Positions 20,358 through 30,315 are shown, counted from the first letter of the stretch. The stretch: DNA of 64,000 nt from Acidimicrobiia bacterium (GCA_965216495.1 OZ244163.1:683361-747360), one strand, 5' to 3'. Notes: generated by a model from the sequence alone, not told the origin. Translations and numbers: made by a program.

Positions 20358-20741
20358 GTGACCAGAAGAAACATCTCCTCGGGCTCGCCTTACGAGCCAA
20401 CAGTCGGTTTCAGCCGCGCCGTCGTGGCGGGCGATCGAGTGATCGTGGCCGGCACCGCACCAATCTGGCCCGACGACTTCGTCGACCCCGACCCCAAGAC
20501 CCAGGCTCGCCGGTGTCTTCAGATAATGCTCGATGCCCTGGAGGAGGCTGGAGGCAGGCCCGAGGACGTGGTTCGGACACGAATGTTCATCACGGACGCA
20601 GCATTGGCTGACCCAGTGGGAGAGGCCCACGGCGAGGTCTTCGCAGCGGTCAGGCCCGCGGCGACAATGGTGGTTGTGGGAGGACTGATCGACCCTCGCT
20701 GGGTCGTCGAGATGGAACTTGAAGCTGTCTTAACGGGTTGA
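20358..20741 (+). CDS. ridA: RidA/YjgF family reactive-intermediate deaminase
   Basis: 127 aa with ...TRMFITD...VVGGL...EMELEA typical of RidA. Confidence 0.75.
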   Translation: MTRRNISSGSPYEPTVGFSRAVVAGDRVIVAGTAPIWPDDFVDPDPKTQARRCLQIMLDALEEAGGRPEDVVRTRMFITDAALADPVGEAHGEVFAAVRPAATMVVVGGLIDPRWVVEMELEAVLTG

Positions 20742-20771
20742 CGTGTTTGATCGCACCTAAGGAGGTCTTTG

Positions 20772-21410
20772 ATGTTTGGACGTAGAAAGCCAGAGATGCC
20801 GGCAACCGACGAGATGCTGCCGGGTCGCAGCCAGGCAGTGGAAGTGCCCGTGGCCCACTTCGTCAATGGCAATCCCTTGGTTGGGCCGTTTCCTGAAGGC
20901 ACCGAGGTCGCCGTCTTCGGGATGGGATGCTTCTGGGGCGCTGAGAGAAGGTTTTGGCAGCTCGACGGGGTTTACTCAACTTCGGCCGGATATGCCGGTG
21001 GAGCCACCCCCAATCCGACTTATGAAGAGGTGTGCTCCGGGGCCACCGGCCACGCCGAGGTGGTGATGGTCGTTTACGACCCGAATGTTGTGTCGTACGA
21101 CACCCTGCTCAAAGTTTTCTGGGAGACCCACGATCCGACTCAGGGTTATCGCCAGGGGAACGACATCGGCACCCAGTACCGGTCGACGATTTATACGACA
21201 ACCGACGGGCAGTTGGACCAGGCCAAGCGTTCCGCCGATATCTACCAGTCGGTTGTCTCGGCAGCCGGTTTCGGCGGAATCACGACCGAGATCGCTCCGC
21301 TGGGTGAGTACTACTACGCAGAGGACTACCACCAGCAGTATCTCGGCAAGAACCCTCACGGTTACGACTGCCATGCCAACACCGGCCTGGCGTATCCGGG
21401 GCTTAGCTGA
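20772..21410 (+). CDS. msrA: Peptide methionine-S-sulfoxide reductase
   Basis: GMGCFWGAE active-site motif. AGGAGG RBS 6-7 nt upstream of the ATG at 20772. Confidence 0.9.
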   Translation: MFGRRKPEMPATDEMLPGRSQAVEVPVAHFVNGNPLVGPFPEGTEVAVFGMGCFWGAERRFWQLDGVYSTSAGYAGGATPNPTYEEVCSGATGHAEVVMVVYDPNVVSYDTLLKVFWETHDPTQGYRQGNDIGTQYRSTIYTTTDGQLDQAKRSADIYQSVVSAAGFGGITTEIAPLGEYYYAEDYHQQYLGKNPHGYDCHANTGLAYPGLS

Positions 21411-21507
21411 CGCGTTGCTATAGCAACAGGGTGCGGAATCCGCTCCCTAATGCACGTGCAACGCTTCCTCACGGCAGGGGGCTGGTTATGGCGCATAGGA
21501 TGGCGCC

Positions 21508-21888
21508 ATGAATCACGATCGCGTTCTCTGGATCCTTCAATGGGTGTTTGGCATCTACTTCATTGCCGTGGGGGTGATGCACTTCATTGTTCCCGAAGGC
21601 CTGCCAGCGATGATGGGGTGGATGTACGAACTCGGAGACGGGCTTCATGCAATCAGCGGGACGGCGGAAATCCTGGGTGGACTCGGGCTGATTCTGCCGG
21701 GCCTCACCAAGATCCGGCCCGAACTCACTCAATTGGCCGCACTTGGTCTGGCGATCGTGATGATCGGAGCCGCCATATGGCATATCGGCCGGGGGGAGTA
21801 TTCCAACCTCGCCACCAACGTGTTGGTCGCGGCCATCATGCTCTACGTTGCCTACGGTCGGTCCCGTCTGGCTCCACTCACTGCTTAA
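21508..21888 (+). CDS. DoxX family membrane protein
   Basis: 126 aa with four TM segments and a DoxX-like pattern. Confidence 0.7.
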   Translation: MNHDRVLWILQWVFGIYFIAVGVMHFIVPEGLPAMMGWMYELGDGLHAISGTAEILGGLGLILPGLTKIRPELTQLAALGLAIVMIGAAIWHIGRGEYSNLATNVLVAAIMLYVAYGRSRLAPLTA

Positions 21889-22120
21889 CAACCAACTCAG
21901 CTTGGGTCGGAGCGGCGGCCAAGGGCTTTCGGACTGACTAGCCTCTAGGGCGGCGTTCTGTCACGCCACACCTTCGCTCCGGTGCCCACGCCACCGGACT
22001 CGAGAAGGCAAAGGGGACCACGAGTGCTCGGCAGGTTCGATCAGGTCTGATACTGACGTGTTCGACAAGACGTGAGCGTGGGTGGCGGCGTCTCGTCGCG
22101 GGCACGAGGAAGCAGTTGAC

Positions 22121-22768
22121 ATGACCAAGCAAGAGTCCTTCAAGCGTCGAGTTCGCGCGCGCATGGAGCACACCGGAGAGCGCTACAGCGCGGCCCGGCG
22201 TGTCATCCTTGAGAAGACAAGCAACCAGGGCCGCACCTGGATTTCACTGCCGGAGGTGAATGACGACTCGGTCCGTGATCACACCGGTCGAGGCTGGGAT
22301 GAGTGGTGCGACCTGATCGACTCGGGGCCGGGACGCTCGGCCGGACACACTGCGATCGCTGCATGGGTACAAGATGAGCATCGTGTTGGGGCGTGGTGGG
22401 CACAGGCTGTGACCATTGGATACGAGCGAATAACCGGGCTTCGGCTCCCCGGCCAGATGGCCGACGGCACGTTCACCGCAACGCGATCACGAACGATGAA
22501 ACTCGACGCCGACGCAGTGCGAGAAATGCTGCTCAGCGAGACCGATCGCCAGGACCTCTTTCCCGAACACGACACAGTGCTTCGATCGAGGGAAAGCGCC
22601 AAGAGGGTTCGTATTGCGATGGGTGGAGGCGTCGCCGAGTTCTCCATAGACCCCAGGGACGATGGGAAGGTCAAAATCACGGTCGCACACGTCAGCCTCC
22701 CGGATGTTGAATCCATGGAGCATTGGAAGTTCTATTGGAGAGAATGGCTTGACGCGTTGACTGAATGA
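22121..22768 (+). CDS. Hypothetical protein (DUF4287-like N-terminal region)
   Basis: Start is the ATG at 22121 (MTKQESF...). The ...GRGWDEWCDLID...HTAIAAWVQDEHRVGAWWAQAVTIGYE pattern is DUF4287-like. Confidence 0.5.
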   Translation: MTKQESFKRRVRARMEHTGERYSAARRVILEKTSNQGRTWISLPEVNDDSVRDHTGRGWDEWCDLIDSGPGRSAGHTAIAAWVQDEHRVGAWWAQAVTIGYERITGLRLPGQMADGTFTATRSRTMKLDADAVREMLLSETDRQDLFPEHDTVLRSRESAKRVRIAMGGGVAEFSIDPRDDGKVKITVAHVSLPDVESMEHWKFYWREWLDALTE

Positions 22769-23203
22769 TCAATCAGTCAACGCCCAGTGAGCCTTCCAGT
22801 TCTCCGGTATGGCGATTCCCAGGCTATAGGCGAATCGAATGAGCTGACCCTGGTGCTGCGCCTCATGCTCATTGAGGCGGAGCACCATTCCGGTCTGGTA
22901 TTCCGTGAGTGACTCGGGTTCGAGTCGGTCCCAGTCGGCTCGAGTGGCAGCGAGCCTCTCAACGAGTACTTCGGGGGAGTGAGTCTCTGCGTCGTTGAGG
23001 GAGCAGGCGAAACCCTGCCACTTGCCGGCCCGCAAAGCCTCGAGATAGCTCTCCCGGCCACCAACGACGCACCAAAACTGACTTCCAATGGTGTTCGACC
23101 GTCCGGGAAGTTCTAAACGAAGTTCGTCGGCCGAAAGCGACCGGGCAAGGTCGTCGGTCAGGGTTGTCAGCGTTTTCGTTTGACGCATGACGATTTCGCT
23201 CAC
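22769..23203 (-). CDS. DinB/YfiT-like (DinB_2 superfamily) protein
   Basis: ...NEHEAQHQGQLIRF four-helix-bundle metal-binding pattern. Confidence 0.5.
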   Translation of the reverse strand: MSEIVMRQTKTLTTLTDDLARSLSADELRLELPGRSNTIGSQFWCVVGGRESYLEALRAGKWQGFACSLNDAETHSPEVLVERLAATRADWDRLEPESLTEYQTGMVLRLNEHEAQHQGQLIRFAYSLGIAIPENWKAHWALTD

Positions 23204-24591
23204 GAACTCACAGCCTCAACTAACTCTTCCGCCGTGAGGGCTCCTACCTCGAGTTCAACGTCGGGCACCACGCCTGTCCCACCGAAGTCAAGACCACCGG
23301 GAGTCAGCCAACGAGCGATGGTGAGCTTCAACGCACCGCCATTGGAGAGGCCGAACCTCTGTTGGACGGTGTTCTTGCCGAACGTGTTCTCGCCAACGAC
23401 TGTGATCCGTCCGTTCTCCTGAAGGGTGGCCGAGACCACCTCGGATGCCGAGGCTGAGCCTTTGTTGACGACGAATGTCACCGGCATATCTTCAGGCACA
23501 ACCACGGCGCCACTCACGGGATACCCAATCGATTCGTCAGGCCCTTGAGTCTTGACCACGTCACCTTCGGCCATAAACGCGGAAGCGACCTGAATCGCGG
23601 TGTCTAAGAATCCCCCCGGATTGTCCCTGAGGTCGATGACCAACTCACCGACTCCCTGCTGGAGAACCTCGCTGAGGGCTTCGACGAACTGATCTCCGGC
23701 GCTGGCGTTGAACGATCGCAACCTGACATATCCAATGTCACCAAAGACATCTTGCTCAATGACGGGTATGACGACTGCAGCGCGAGTGATGGTCACGTCG
23801 AAGAGGTCGCTCTCCCGGTCGATCGTGAGCACAACGTCGGTTCCAGCCGGGCCACGGACGGTGGCTGTGACCTCGTCTACGGTCCATCCCAAGATCGATT
23901 CGCCGTCGACTGCCACGATTGCGTCGTCGCGTTGCAGGCCGGCCTCTTCGGCGGGAGCCCCCGTGATCGGGGTGACAATGAGGATGCGGCAGGTCTCGGA
24001 GATGACACCGCATTGCTTGTTGTCTCCCGGAAGCGTCTCATCTTCCGGAGAAACCAGAGCCCCGATGCCTTCGATCTGTCCCTGCTGTTCTTCCTGAAGG
24101 AGTTCCAGAGCCCGAGGATCCAGGTACCCAGAGTTGGGGTCGAGTGCGAATGCAGACAAGCTGGCCACGATCGTCTCTGCAGCCTCCGCTGTGCTGTCCG
24201 CTTCGATGGCGGCCAGGTTGCAGGTTTCTCCGAACTCCGGTGTGGGGATGGCACACACCAGCAGGTCGTCGCTGTCTGCCCCGTCCAATAGTGCCAGCCC
24301 TTCGAGGGCTGCCTCTGCCAGCACAGCGTCTTCAATCGGGTCGACGTACCGATCTTTGATGAGGTCGTAGGCTTCACAGACGATGGCGGCTTCGTCGGGT
24401 GCCCGGTCGCACTCAACGATTCCTACCTCGCGCCCCTCGATGGTCGAGGTTGGAATGGGGGCCGTGGTGCCCGGAGACTCACTAGTCGTTGTTGTGCTCG
24501 GGTTGGTCGGGTTCGAGAACGGGGATCCCGTACATGCGCTGGCGATGAGGGCCAGGGCCGTTATGGCCGATATGAATGTCGTTTTCTTCAA
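23200..24591 (-). CDS. S41 family C-terminal processing peptidase, lipoprotein
   Basis: Lipobox LIASAC, T/S/P-rich linker, PDZ region, and catalytic ...LRDNPGGFLD... / ...GSASASEV... The stop/start overlap with the next gene is ATGA. Confidence 0.8.
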   Translation of the reverse strand: MKKTTFISAITALALIASACTGSPFSNPTNPSTTTTSESPGTTAPIPTSTIEGREVGIVECDRAPDEAAIVCEAYDLIKDRYVDPIEDAVLAEAALEGLALLDGADSDDLLVCAIPTPEFGETCNLAAIEADSTAEAAETIVASLSAFALDPNSGYLDPRALELLQEEQQGQIEGIGALVSPEDETLPGDNKQCGVISETCRILIVTPITGAPAEEAGLQRDDAIVAVDGESILGWTVDEVTATVRGPAGTDVVLTIDRESDLFDVTITRAAVVIPVIEQDVFGDIGYVRLRSFNASAGDQFVEALSEVLQQGVGELVIDLRDNPGGFLDTAIQVASAFMAEGDVVKTQGPDESIGYPVSGAVVVPEDMPVTFVVNKGSASASEVVSATLQENGRITVVGENTFGKNTVQQRFGLSNGGALKLTIARWLTPGGLDFGGTGVVPDVELEVGALTAEELVEAVSS

Positions 24592-25973
24592 GATGATGCT
24601 TCCAGCGCGAGGTTGACGATCTCTTCGATCGATGCGTCTGCCGGCCAGTCCAGTTGGACGTCCGGGCTGAGGCCGTCGCCCTCCGCCGTTTCTCCGGCCG
24701 GGGATGACCAGCGCGCCACGACCACATAGAACTCGCCGTCGTTTCGAAGCCTGAAGGGTATCTGTACAGCGTCTTTACCGAACGTGTTTGTCCCTACCAC
24801 GACAGCGTTTCGGCGATCTCGAAGCGCACCGGTCAGAATCTCGGCAGCCGAAGCCGTCCCATTATCGACAAGGACGACCAGTCGGCTGGAAGTGCCAGGA
24901 CCCCCGGGCTGGGCTGTGTAGTCCCGGTCGTCGTTGGGCGATTCGGTGATCAGAACGGTACCGCCCGAGATGAAAAGGTCGGATACCGAAACGACGGCAT
25001 CTACGAAGCCTCCCGGGTTTCCTCTGAGGTCAACCACCAACGTGTTCGGTGAGCCCAGTTGAGCCAAGCCTTCTGAAACAAGAGTTGGGATATCCCAGTC
25101 GAAGTCAGGAATACGGATGTAGCCAACGCCTGACCGGACCGTAAGAGTCTCAACGGTCGGAAAGACCAGGGGAGCGCGCTCGATCTCGAACTCGACGATC
25201 TCGCCGGACCGCTCAACCGTCAGTCCAACCAAACCGGACTCATCACCAGCGATCAAACCCACGACGGTTGAGAATCCTTGACCATCGACAGGTACGCCAT
25301 CGACCTCGGTTATCAGATCGCCGCTCCTGAGGCCGGCTCTGAAGCCAGGGTTGTCTTCGAGAACAGTCACCACTTCGAGGACGCACGCACCGCCGAGTCG
25401 GGCGCATTTCGATCCGACTGGGTCTCGTGAGTCCAACAGAACCCCAACTCCTCCCACGACTCCGTTGGCCCGAAAGGCGTCTCGTTGCTCAGGTGACACG
25501 TAATAGGTGAAAGGGCCCAGCCCAACGTCCACCATGTGGGCCATTGATGCTTCGACCGCGTCCTCGAGAGGGACATTGCGGATCACCAAGGCTTCTCCCA
25601 GGGCCTCGCAGTACGGCAAGAATGCATTGTCCGGAATGGCGCAAGTCAGAGCGCGCGGCGGATCAGCCGACTCATCAGGTTCAAATCGGTCGAGACCCTC
25701 AATAGCAAGATCGGCCAGGACAGCTGGGTCAAGAGGTCGGTCGACATGCCATTCCTCGAGCAACTCCCACATCTCGCAAAGAGGGACGAACATCACGGGA
25801 GGCGTGACACAGTTCTGGACGACCATTGGCTGGGTGGGGGTCGTGGTAGTCACCAGAATCGTTGCGCGGGTGGTGTCGACACTGGCTGCCGTCGTAGTGG
25901 TGGGTTCCGCAGCACCCCCGCAGGCCGAAACCATCAGTCCGACCGCCAAAACAATCCAGCGCATTGAAATCAT
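24588..25973 (-). CDS. S41 family C-terminal processing peptidase, lipoprotein (paralog of the adjacent gene)
   Basis: Lipobox LMVSAC and LRGNPGGFVD...GTASAAEI. Start is the ATG at 25973 (MISMRWIVLAVG). Confidence 0.8.
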   Translation of the reverse strand: MISMRWIVLAVGLMVSACGGAAEPTTTTAASVDTTRATILVTTTTPTQPMVVQNCVTPPVMFVPLCEMWELLEEWHVDRPLDPAVLADLAIEGLDRFEPDESADPPRALTCAIPDNAFLPYCEALGEALVIRNVPLEDAVEASMAHMVDVGLGPFTYYVSPEQRDAFRANGVVGGVGVLLDSRDPVGSKCARLGGACVLEVVTVLEDNPGFRAGLRSGDLITEVDGVPVDGQGFSTVVGLIAGDESGLVGLTVERSGEIVEFEIERAPLVFPTVETLTVRSGVGYIRIPDFDWDIPTLVSEGLAQLGSPNTLVVDLRGNPGGFVDAVVSVSDLFISGGTVLITESPNDDRDYTAQPGGPGTSSRLVVLVDNGTASAAEILTGALRDRRNAVVVGTNTFGKDAVQIPFRLRNDGEFYVVVARWSSPAGETAEGDGLSPDVQLDWPADASIEEIVNLALEASS

Positions 25974-26006
25974 TATGAAGCTGGATCGGCCGTTAGCGTC
26001 TCCTTC

Positions 26007-27074
26007 GTGAGAACTCGTGTCCATCTCCGTTCGCCCGACGGCGAATCAGTCGTGCGCGATGTCGTAGGCGAATACTGGTCCGAGGGGTCGAGTGCCATCC
26101 CTGATACAGAGCTGGGTAAAGGGCTGTATGCCTTGCCGGGATTGATCGATGCCCACGCCCATCTAGCTACATCGGAACTCAATTGGCAGCCGGGTGTGTT
26201 TGAGGAGGCGGTGGACCGAGCGCGGGCCTCACTCCGCGCCGGAGTGACGCTCGTTCTGGACAAGGGTTGGCGGGACGCCACGACCATCCGGGTCATCGAC
26301 GAGCTAGCGCCACATGAAAGACCAGACATAGAGGCGGCGGCGCAGATCATCGCTTCACCGGGTGGGTACTACCCGGACTTCGGATACGAAGTCGAAGAGG
26401 GCCGGTTGACCCAGGCAGTGCTCCAAAAGTCACAGGAGGGCCGAGGTTGGGTCAAGCTCGTCGGGGACTGGCCACGCAAGGGTGTTGGGCCGAAGGCCAA
26501 CTTCAGCCTGGAGGCGATGAAGTCGGCAGTCCGAGCGGCCCATGACTCAGGGTCGAGAGTGGCCATTCACACGATGGCCCCTGAGGTGCCCTCTGCTGCG
26601 GTGGAAGCCGGGATCGACTCGATTGAGCATGGGCTTTTCATGACCGAGGCCGACGTGGAGACTCTTGCCGAGCGGCGGGGCATGTGGGTTCCGACCGTCC
26701 TCAGAGCCGAGGCGGTGCTGGCACAACTGGGTGCCGAATCGTCGGGAGGACGGTTGTTCGTGCAAGGACTCGAGAACGTGCGCCGTCTGCTGCCGTTGGC
26801 AGCCGAGGCGGGAGTGGAGGTTCTGGCTGGCACAGATCTCGTTGGTTCACCGGTTGACGTGGCAGCGGAGGCGATAGCGCTGTCTCGCTTTGGTTTGTCT
26901 AACAGCCAGATCCTGCGCGCCGTTTCGAGCGGAGGTTTCCTTGCTACTGGACGACCCGCTCGGTTTGAGGTGGGTGCTCCCGCTGACGCAGTCTTCTTCG
27001 CCGATAACCCGTTGGGCGATCTCGACGTGTTGGCACATCCCGTGGCGGTAATGAGGCTGGGAAGGGTCGTGTGA
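26007..27074 (+). CDS. Amidohydrolase-family metal-dependent hydrolase
   Basis: GLIDAHAHL metal-binding motif and ...HTMAP...DSIEHG... GTG start. Confidence 0.7.
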   Translation: MRTRVHLRSPDGESVVRDVVGEYWSEGSSAIPDTELGKGLYALPGLIDAHAHLATSELNWQPGVFEEAVDRARASLRAGVTLVLDKGWRDATTIRVIDELAPHERPDIEAAAQIIASPGGYYPDFGYEVEEGRLTQAVLQKSQEGRGWVKLVGDWPRKGVGPKANFSLEAMKSAVRAAHDSGSRVAIHTMAPEVPSAAVEAGIDSIEHGLFMTEADVETLAERRGMWVPTVLRAEAVLAQLGAESSGGRLFVQGLENVRRLLPLAAEAGVEVLAGTDLVGSPVDVAAEAIALSRFGLSNSQILRAVSSGGFLATGRPARFEVGAPADAVFFADNPLGDLDVLAHPVAVMRLGRVV

Positions 27075-27649
27075 AACTGATCCTCGCCTCGACCTCGCCG
27101 CGGCGGGATGAACTGTTGCGGCAACTTGGTCTGGCCTTCGAGATCGTTTCACCAGATATCGATGAGACACGAAACCCCGGCGAGTCTCCGGCTGCCTTTG
27201 TGGAGAGGCTTGCTCGAGAAAAGGCGATGACGGTCGTTGAACCGGATCATGTGGTCGTTGCCGCGGACACAGTTGTGGTTCATGCCGGTCGCATTTTGGG
27301 TAAGCCCGGCCATCCGGCCGAGGCTCGAACCATGCTGAGTCTGATTGCGGGCGAAACACACGATGTGTTCACCGGGATGGCCGTGGCTCACGCCGGGAAT
27401 GTGTCGGCTCTGGTGGATGTCACCGAAGTCGAGTTCATGCCTCTCACCGATGGCGAGATCGCGCGATATGTGTCGGGTGGGGAACCAATGGACAAGGCCG
27501 GCGCTTACGCGCTTCAGGGCGAGGGAGGACGTTTCGTCCAAGCCGTCAGAGGCAGCCCTTCCACGGTGGTTGGGCTGCCGATTCATCTGCTCGAAAGGCT
27601 TGTGCGCGCTGTGGGTGCTGACCTCGAGCGCTTCAAAGCCACGCCCTAG
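27071..27649 (+). CDS. maf: Maf-like nucleoside triphosphate pyrophosphatase
   Basis: MKLILASTSPRRDELL...AYALQG... The GTG start overlaps the upstream stop (GTGA). Confidence 0.85.
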   Translation: MKLILASTSPRRDELLRQLGLAFEIVSPDIDETRNPGESPAAFVERLAREKAMTVVEPDHVVVAADTVVVHAGRILGKPGHPAEARTMLSLIAGETHDVFTGMAVAHAGNVSALVDVTEVEFMPLTDGEIARYVSGGEPMDKAGAYALQGEGGRFVQAVRGSPSTVVGLPIHLLERLVRAVGADLERFKATP

Positions 27650-27691
27650 TTCTGCCGACAAACGAGAACTCTGGTCTAGCTTGGTTCCAAC

Positions 27692-28645
27692 ATGAGACGA
27701 ATTGCACTGGTTCTTGCGATCTTGGTAGCCGCATGCAACCCGGACGCCGTAAGCGAAAGCACCACGTCGACGTCCTCTCCGGCCACAACCTCCACCACCG
27801 GCGTGCCGGAAACCACCACAACATCGGCTCTCACTACGGCGTCGACTTCTACGACTTCCACAACAGTTCCGCCCAGCACGACGACCTCAACAACCCTGGT
27901 CGCGGGCAACTGGGCTGATGAGCCGGTGGTGACGACGGGTTTCGGTGCGCTCGGGTGGTGGGATGGCTCAGCGTGGCGAATTGCCGAAGACGAGGGCGCT
28001 CTGCCAGTGCTCGGAGGCGAGGACTATCAGGCGATTGTCCTCGATCAAGTGGGCACAACCACGGGCGGACCCCAAACCCTGGCGTGCGATCCGCTTGGAC
28101 TGATAGGTGTTGACTTGGCCGACCCCGATCTGTTGGGCGCGTTCCCCGGCCCCTACGGCGTTGCGATTTCGGCCCCATATGCCCTTCAGCCCCACTTGTT
28201 CGAGGCAGTTCCCGACGATGGAACCTACGCCGGTTTTGCATCTGATCTGCTCGACTCGCGCGGTCTGGCCGTGCCCGCGCCGATCGTCAAGCAGCTCTTC
28301 CGAACCGATCTCGAAGGCGACGGGGTCAACGAGGTCATCGTCGTGGTCGAGGATGTGACCCCTGGCTACCTCATGGAGGTCGGCGACTACTCCCTGGTGT
28401 TCATGCGAAGGGTCATCGAAGGTGAGGTTCAGACGGCGATTCTGGCAGAGACAGTGGTGCTCGGGGAAGACCAGCAGTTCGCCGGAGCACACTCGGTAGG
28501 CACTGTTGCCGATCTGAACGGCGACGGGAAGATGGAGATTGTCACTAACAGTGCGTTCTTCGAGGGCTTCAGTGTTGAAGTCTGGGAGTATGTGAACGAC
28601 GACTTGGGGCCGGTGTCGGTCTTCCAGGTCGGCTGCGGTTCCTGA
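27692..28645 (+). CDS. Hypothetical lipoprotein with S/T-rich linker
   Basis: Lipobox LVAACN, ~60-aa Ser/Thr-rich low-complexity region, then an acidic globular domain. Confidence 0.55.
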   Translation: MRRIALVLAILVAACNPDAVSESTTSTSSPATTSTTGVPETTTTSALTTASTSTTSTTVPPSTTTSTTLVAGNWADEPVVTTGFGALGWWDGSAWRIAEDEGALPVLGGEDYQAIVLDQVGTTTGGPQTLACDPLGLIGVDLADPDLLGAFPGPYGVAISAPYALQPHLFEAVPDDGTYAGFASDLLDSRGLAVPAPIVKQLFRTDLEGDGVNEVIVVVEDVTPGYLMEVGDYSLVFMRRVIEGEVQTAILAETVVLGEDQQFAGAHSVGTVADLNGDGKMEIVTNSAFFEGFSVEVWEYVNDDLGPVSVFQVGCGS

Positions 28646-29052
28646 TGGACAATCCGTTCGCCGACCGACCGACGTACGTCGGCCACACCGGGATCGAGAT
28701 TATTGAGGCGTCGCCCGACCATTGCGTGGGCAAGATCGAGATCACTGAGAATCATCACCAACCCTATGGAGTGGTCCACGGTGGCGTCTATTGCGCTCTC
28801 ATCGAGACTCTCGCCTCAACGGGGGCCGCTATCTGGGCGATGGGCAACGGCAAGGCTGGTGCCATGGGTGTCAGCAACAAGACCGATTTCCTGAGAGCCA
28901 CCACCGAAGGGGTACTTACCGGTACCGCTACCCCGATTCACCGTGGTCGAACACAGCAGCTGTGGCAGGTGGATGTGATACGTGACAGCGACGGATCGCT
29001 GGTGGCTCAGGGCCAGGTAAGGCTCCACAACGTCAACAAGACGGAGTTCTAA
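28645..29052 (+). CDS. PaaI-family hotdog-fold thioesterase
   Basis: ...YGVVHGGVYCALIET... motif. Length is 135 aa; the start overlaps the upstream stop. Confidence 0.75.
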   Translation: MDNPFADRPTYVGHTGIEIIEASPDHCVGKIEITENHHQPYGVVHGGVYCALIETLASTGAAIWAMGNGKAGAMGVSNKTDFLRATTEGVLTGTATPIHRGRTQQLWQVDVIRDSDGSLVAQGQVRLHNVNKTEF

Positions 29053-29477
29053 CCAGGGCCGGTGTCTGGGCCGGGATCCGATCCGGTAGCGGCGGCCTCT
29101 AGGCGGGGCAGGTAGTGATCCCAGCCGGCCTTGTGGATGGGAACCTCATCTGTAGGAAGTCCTGAGTGGGTCAGGGTTAGTCGAGTTGAGGTCCCTACGG
29201 CCTCAAGGACGACCGTCACCGTCGACTGTCCTGGCGGCAGGTTGGGATTGCCGACCCATCCCCAGGTGAAGACCACCTTCTCGTTCGGGACCAGCTCGAC
29301 ATAAGCGCCCTGAGCGTTGAGACCGTTGGGCATGAACATTGAAAAGAGACCACCCACACTCGGGGTCAACTCCGCACTCGAACCCTGCCATCTCGCCCAC
29401 TTCTCCTGGTCGATGAAGTACGAGTAGACGGTTGATGGCGGTGCCCCAATCAATCGGGTGATCACGATCTCGGTCAT
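29049..29477 (-). CDS. SRPBCC (AHSA1/Aha1-like) family protein
   Basis: Start is the ATG at 29477 (MTEIVITRLIGAPPSTVYSYF...). It overlaps the ArsR stop with ATGA. Confidence 0.65.
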   Translation of the reverse strand: MTEIVITRLIGAPPSTVYSYFIDQEKWARWQGSSAELTPSVGGLFSMFMPNGLNAQGAYVELVPNEKVVFTWGWVGNPNLPPGQSTVTVVLEAVGTSTRLTLTHSGLPTDEVPIHKAGWDHYLPRLEAAATGSDPGPDTGPG

Positions 29478-29767
29478 GCTTCGTCCTCGATGATCTCCAC
29501 CAATCGATCCAGCTTCTCGCCCCACATCGCTTCGAGAATCGGTGCGAGTTCGCCAAGACCTTTCCTATTGGCCTTGTATAGACGGCGGTTTCCGTCAGCC
29601 CGCATGCTCACGAATCCATGCTCGCGCAGCGTGGCTAGATGCTGGGAAACGGCGGCGAATGAGACGTCGAACTGATCTGCGATGTCGCCCGCGGGAAGTT
29701 CTTCGCTCCATACCAACTGCAAGATCCTTCGCTTGCGAGGTTCTGCGACAACTTGGAGCGCATCCAT
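29474..29767 (-). CDS. ArsR/SmtB-family transcriptional regulator
   Basis: ...EPRKRRILQLV...AGDIADQFDVSFAAVSQHLATLREHGFV winged HTH. The internal ATG at 29767 is preferred. Confidence 0.75.
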   Translation of the reverse strand: MDALQVVAEPRKRRILQLVWSEELPAGDIADQFDVSFAAVSQHLATLREHGFVSMRADGNRRLYKANRKGLGELAPILEAMWGEKLDRLVEIIEDEA

Positions 29768-29812
29768 AGAGGGCACGATAGGGCAATTTAAGCTCAAATT
29801 GAAATAGGTCAC

Positions 29813-29870
29813 CGGTTTGAGGTAGGGTCACCTTGAATTTCAGTCCATACTTAAATAAAAGGGAGCTGCA
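29813..29870. promoter_or_regulatory. AT-rich divergent promoter/operator region between arsR-like and SRPBCC genes
   Basis: Locally AT-rich (...atttaagctcaaattgaaat...), containing the imperfect dyad ATTTaAG/CtcAAAT and two direct AGGTCACC repeats (taggtcaccggtttgaggtagggtcacc). Confidence 0.4.
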
Positions 29871-30305
29871 GTGGGCAGTTATGCGATCAGAGCAAGGTTC
29901 GATTCGGATGTGGAACCGGAGTCAGTAGGCAAGTGGCTCGTCTCGACCGAAGGGATAAGCGGGTGGTGGTCCGACACGGTCGAAGGTGCCGCGTCAGCGG
30001 TTGGTGATGAGTTCGTGATTCGTTTCCCAACGACAGATGTTCCCTTCTCTTTGGTAGTGCGTGAGCTCGACGATGACGTCGTCGTGTGGGATGTGCCCGA
30101 AAGCCCCCCATGGTGGAAAGGAACGACAATCCGCTTCGAGGTGGGAGGCGGTCCTGACGGCGGGACTTCGCTGCTCTTTGTTCATGAGGGCTTCGAGCCT
30201 TCTGACCCGATCATTGAGGTGATTACGCCGGCATGGATCGGTTTCGTGAACAACTTGATGGAGGTAGCCGCTACAGGTCAAGCCAGCCCAGCAGTCATCA
30301 ACTAG
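29871..30305 (+). CDS. SRPBCC-family (polyketide-cyclase/Aha1-like) protein
   Basis: 144 aa. GTG start with GGGAG RBS 5 nt upstream. Confidence 0.55.
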   Translation: MGSYAIRARFDSDVEPESVGKWLVSTEGISGWWSDTVEGAASAVGDEFVIRFPTTDVPFSLVVRELDDDVVVWDVPESPPWWKGTTIRFEVGGGPDGGTSLLFVHEGFEPSDPIIEVITPAWIGFVNNLMEVAATGQASPAVIN

Positions 30306-30315
30306 AACAGTCGGG

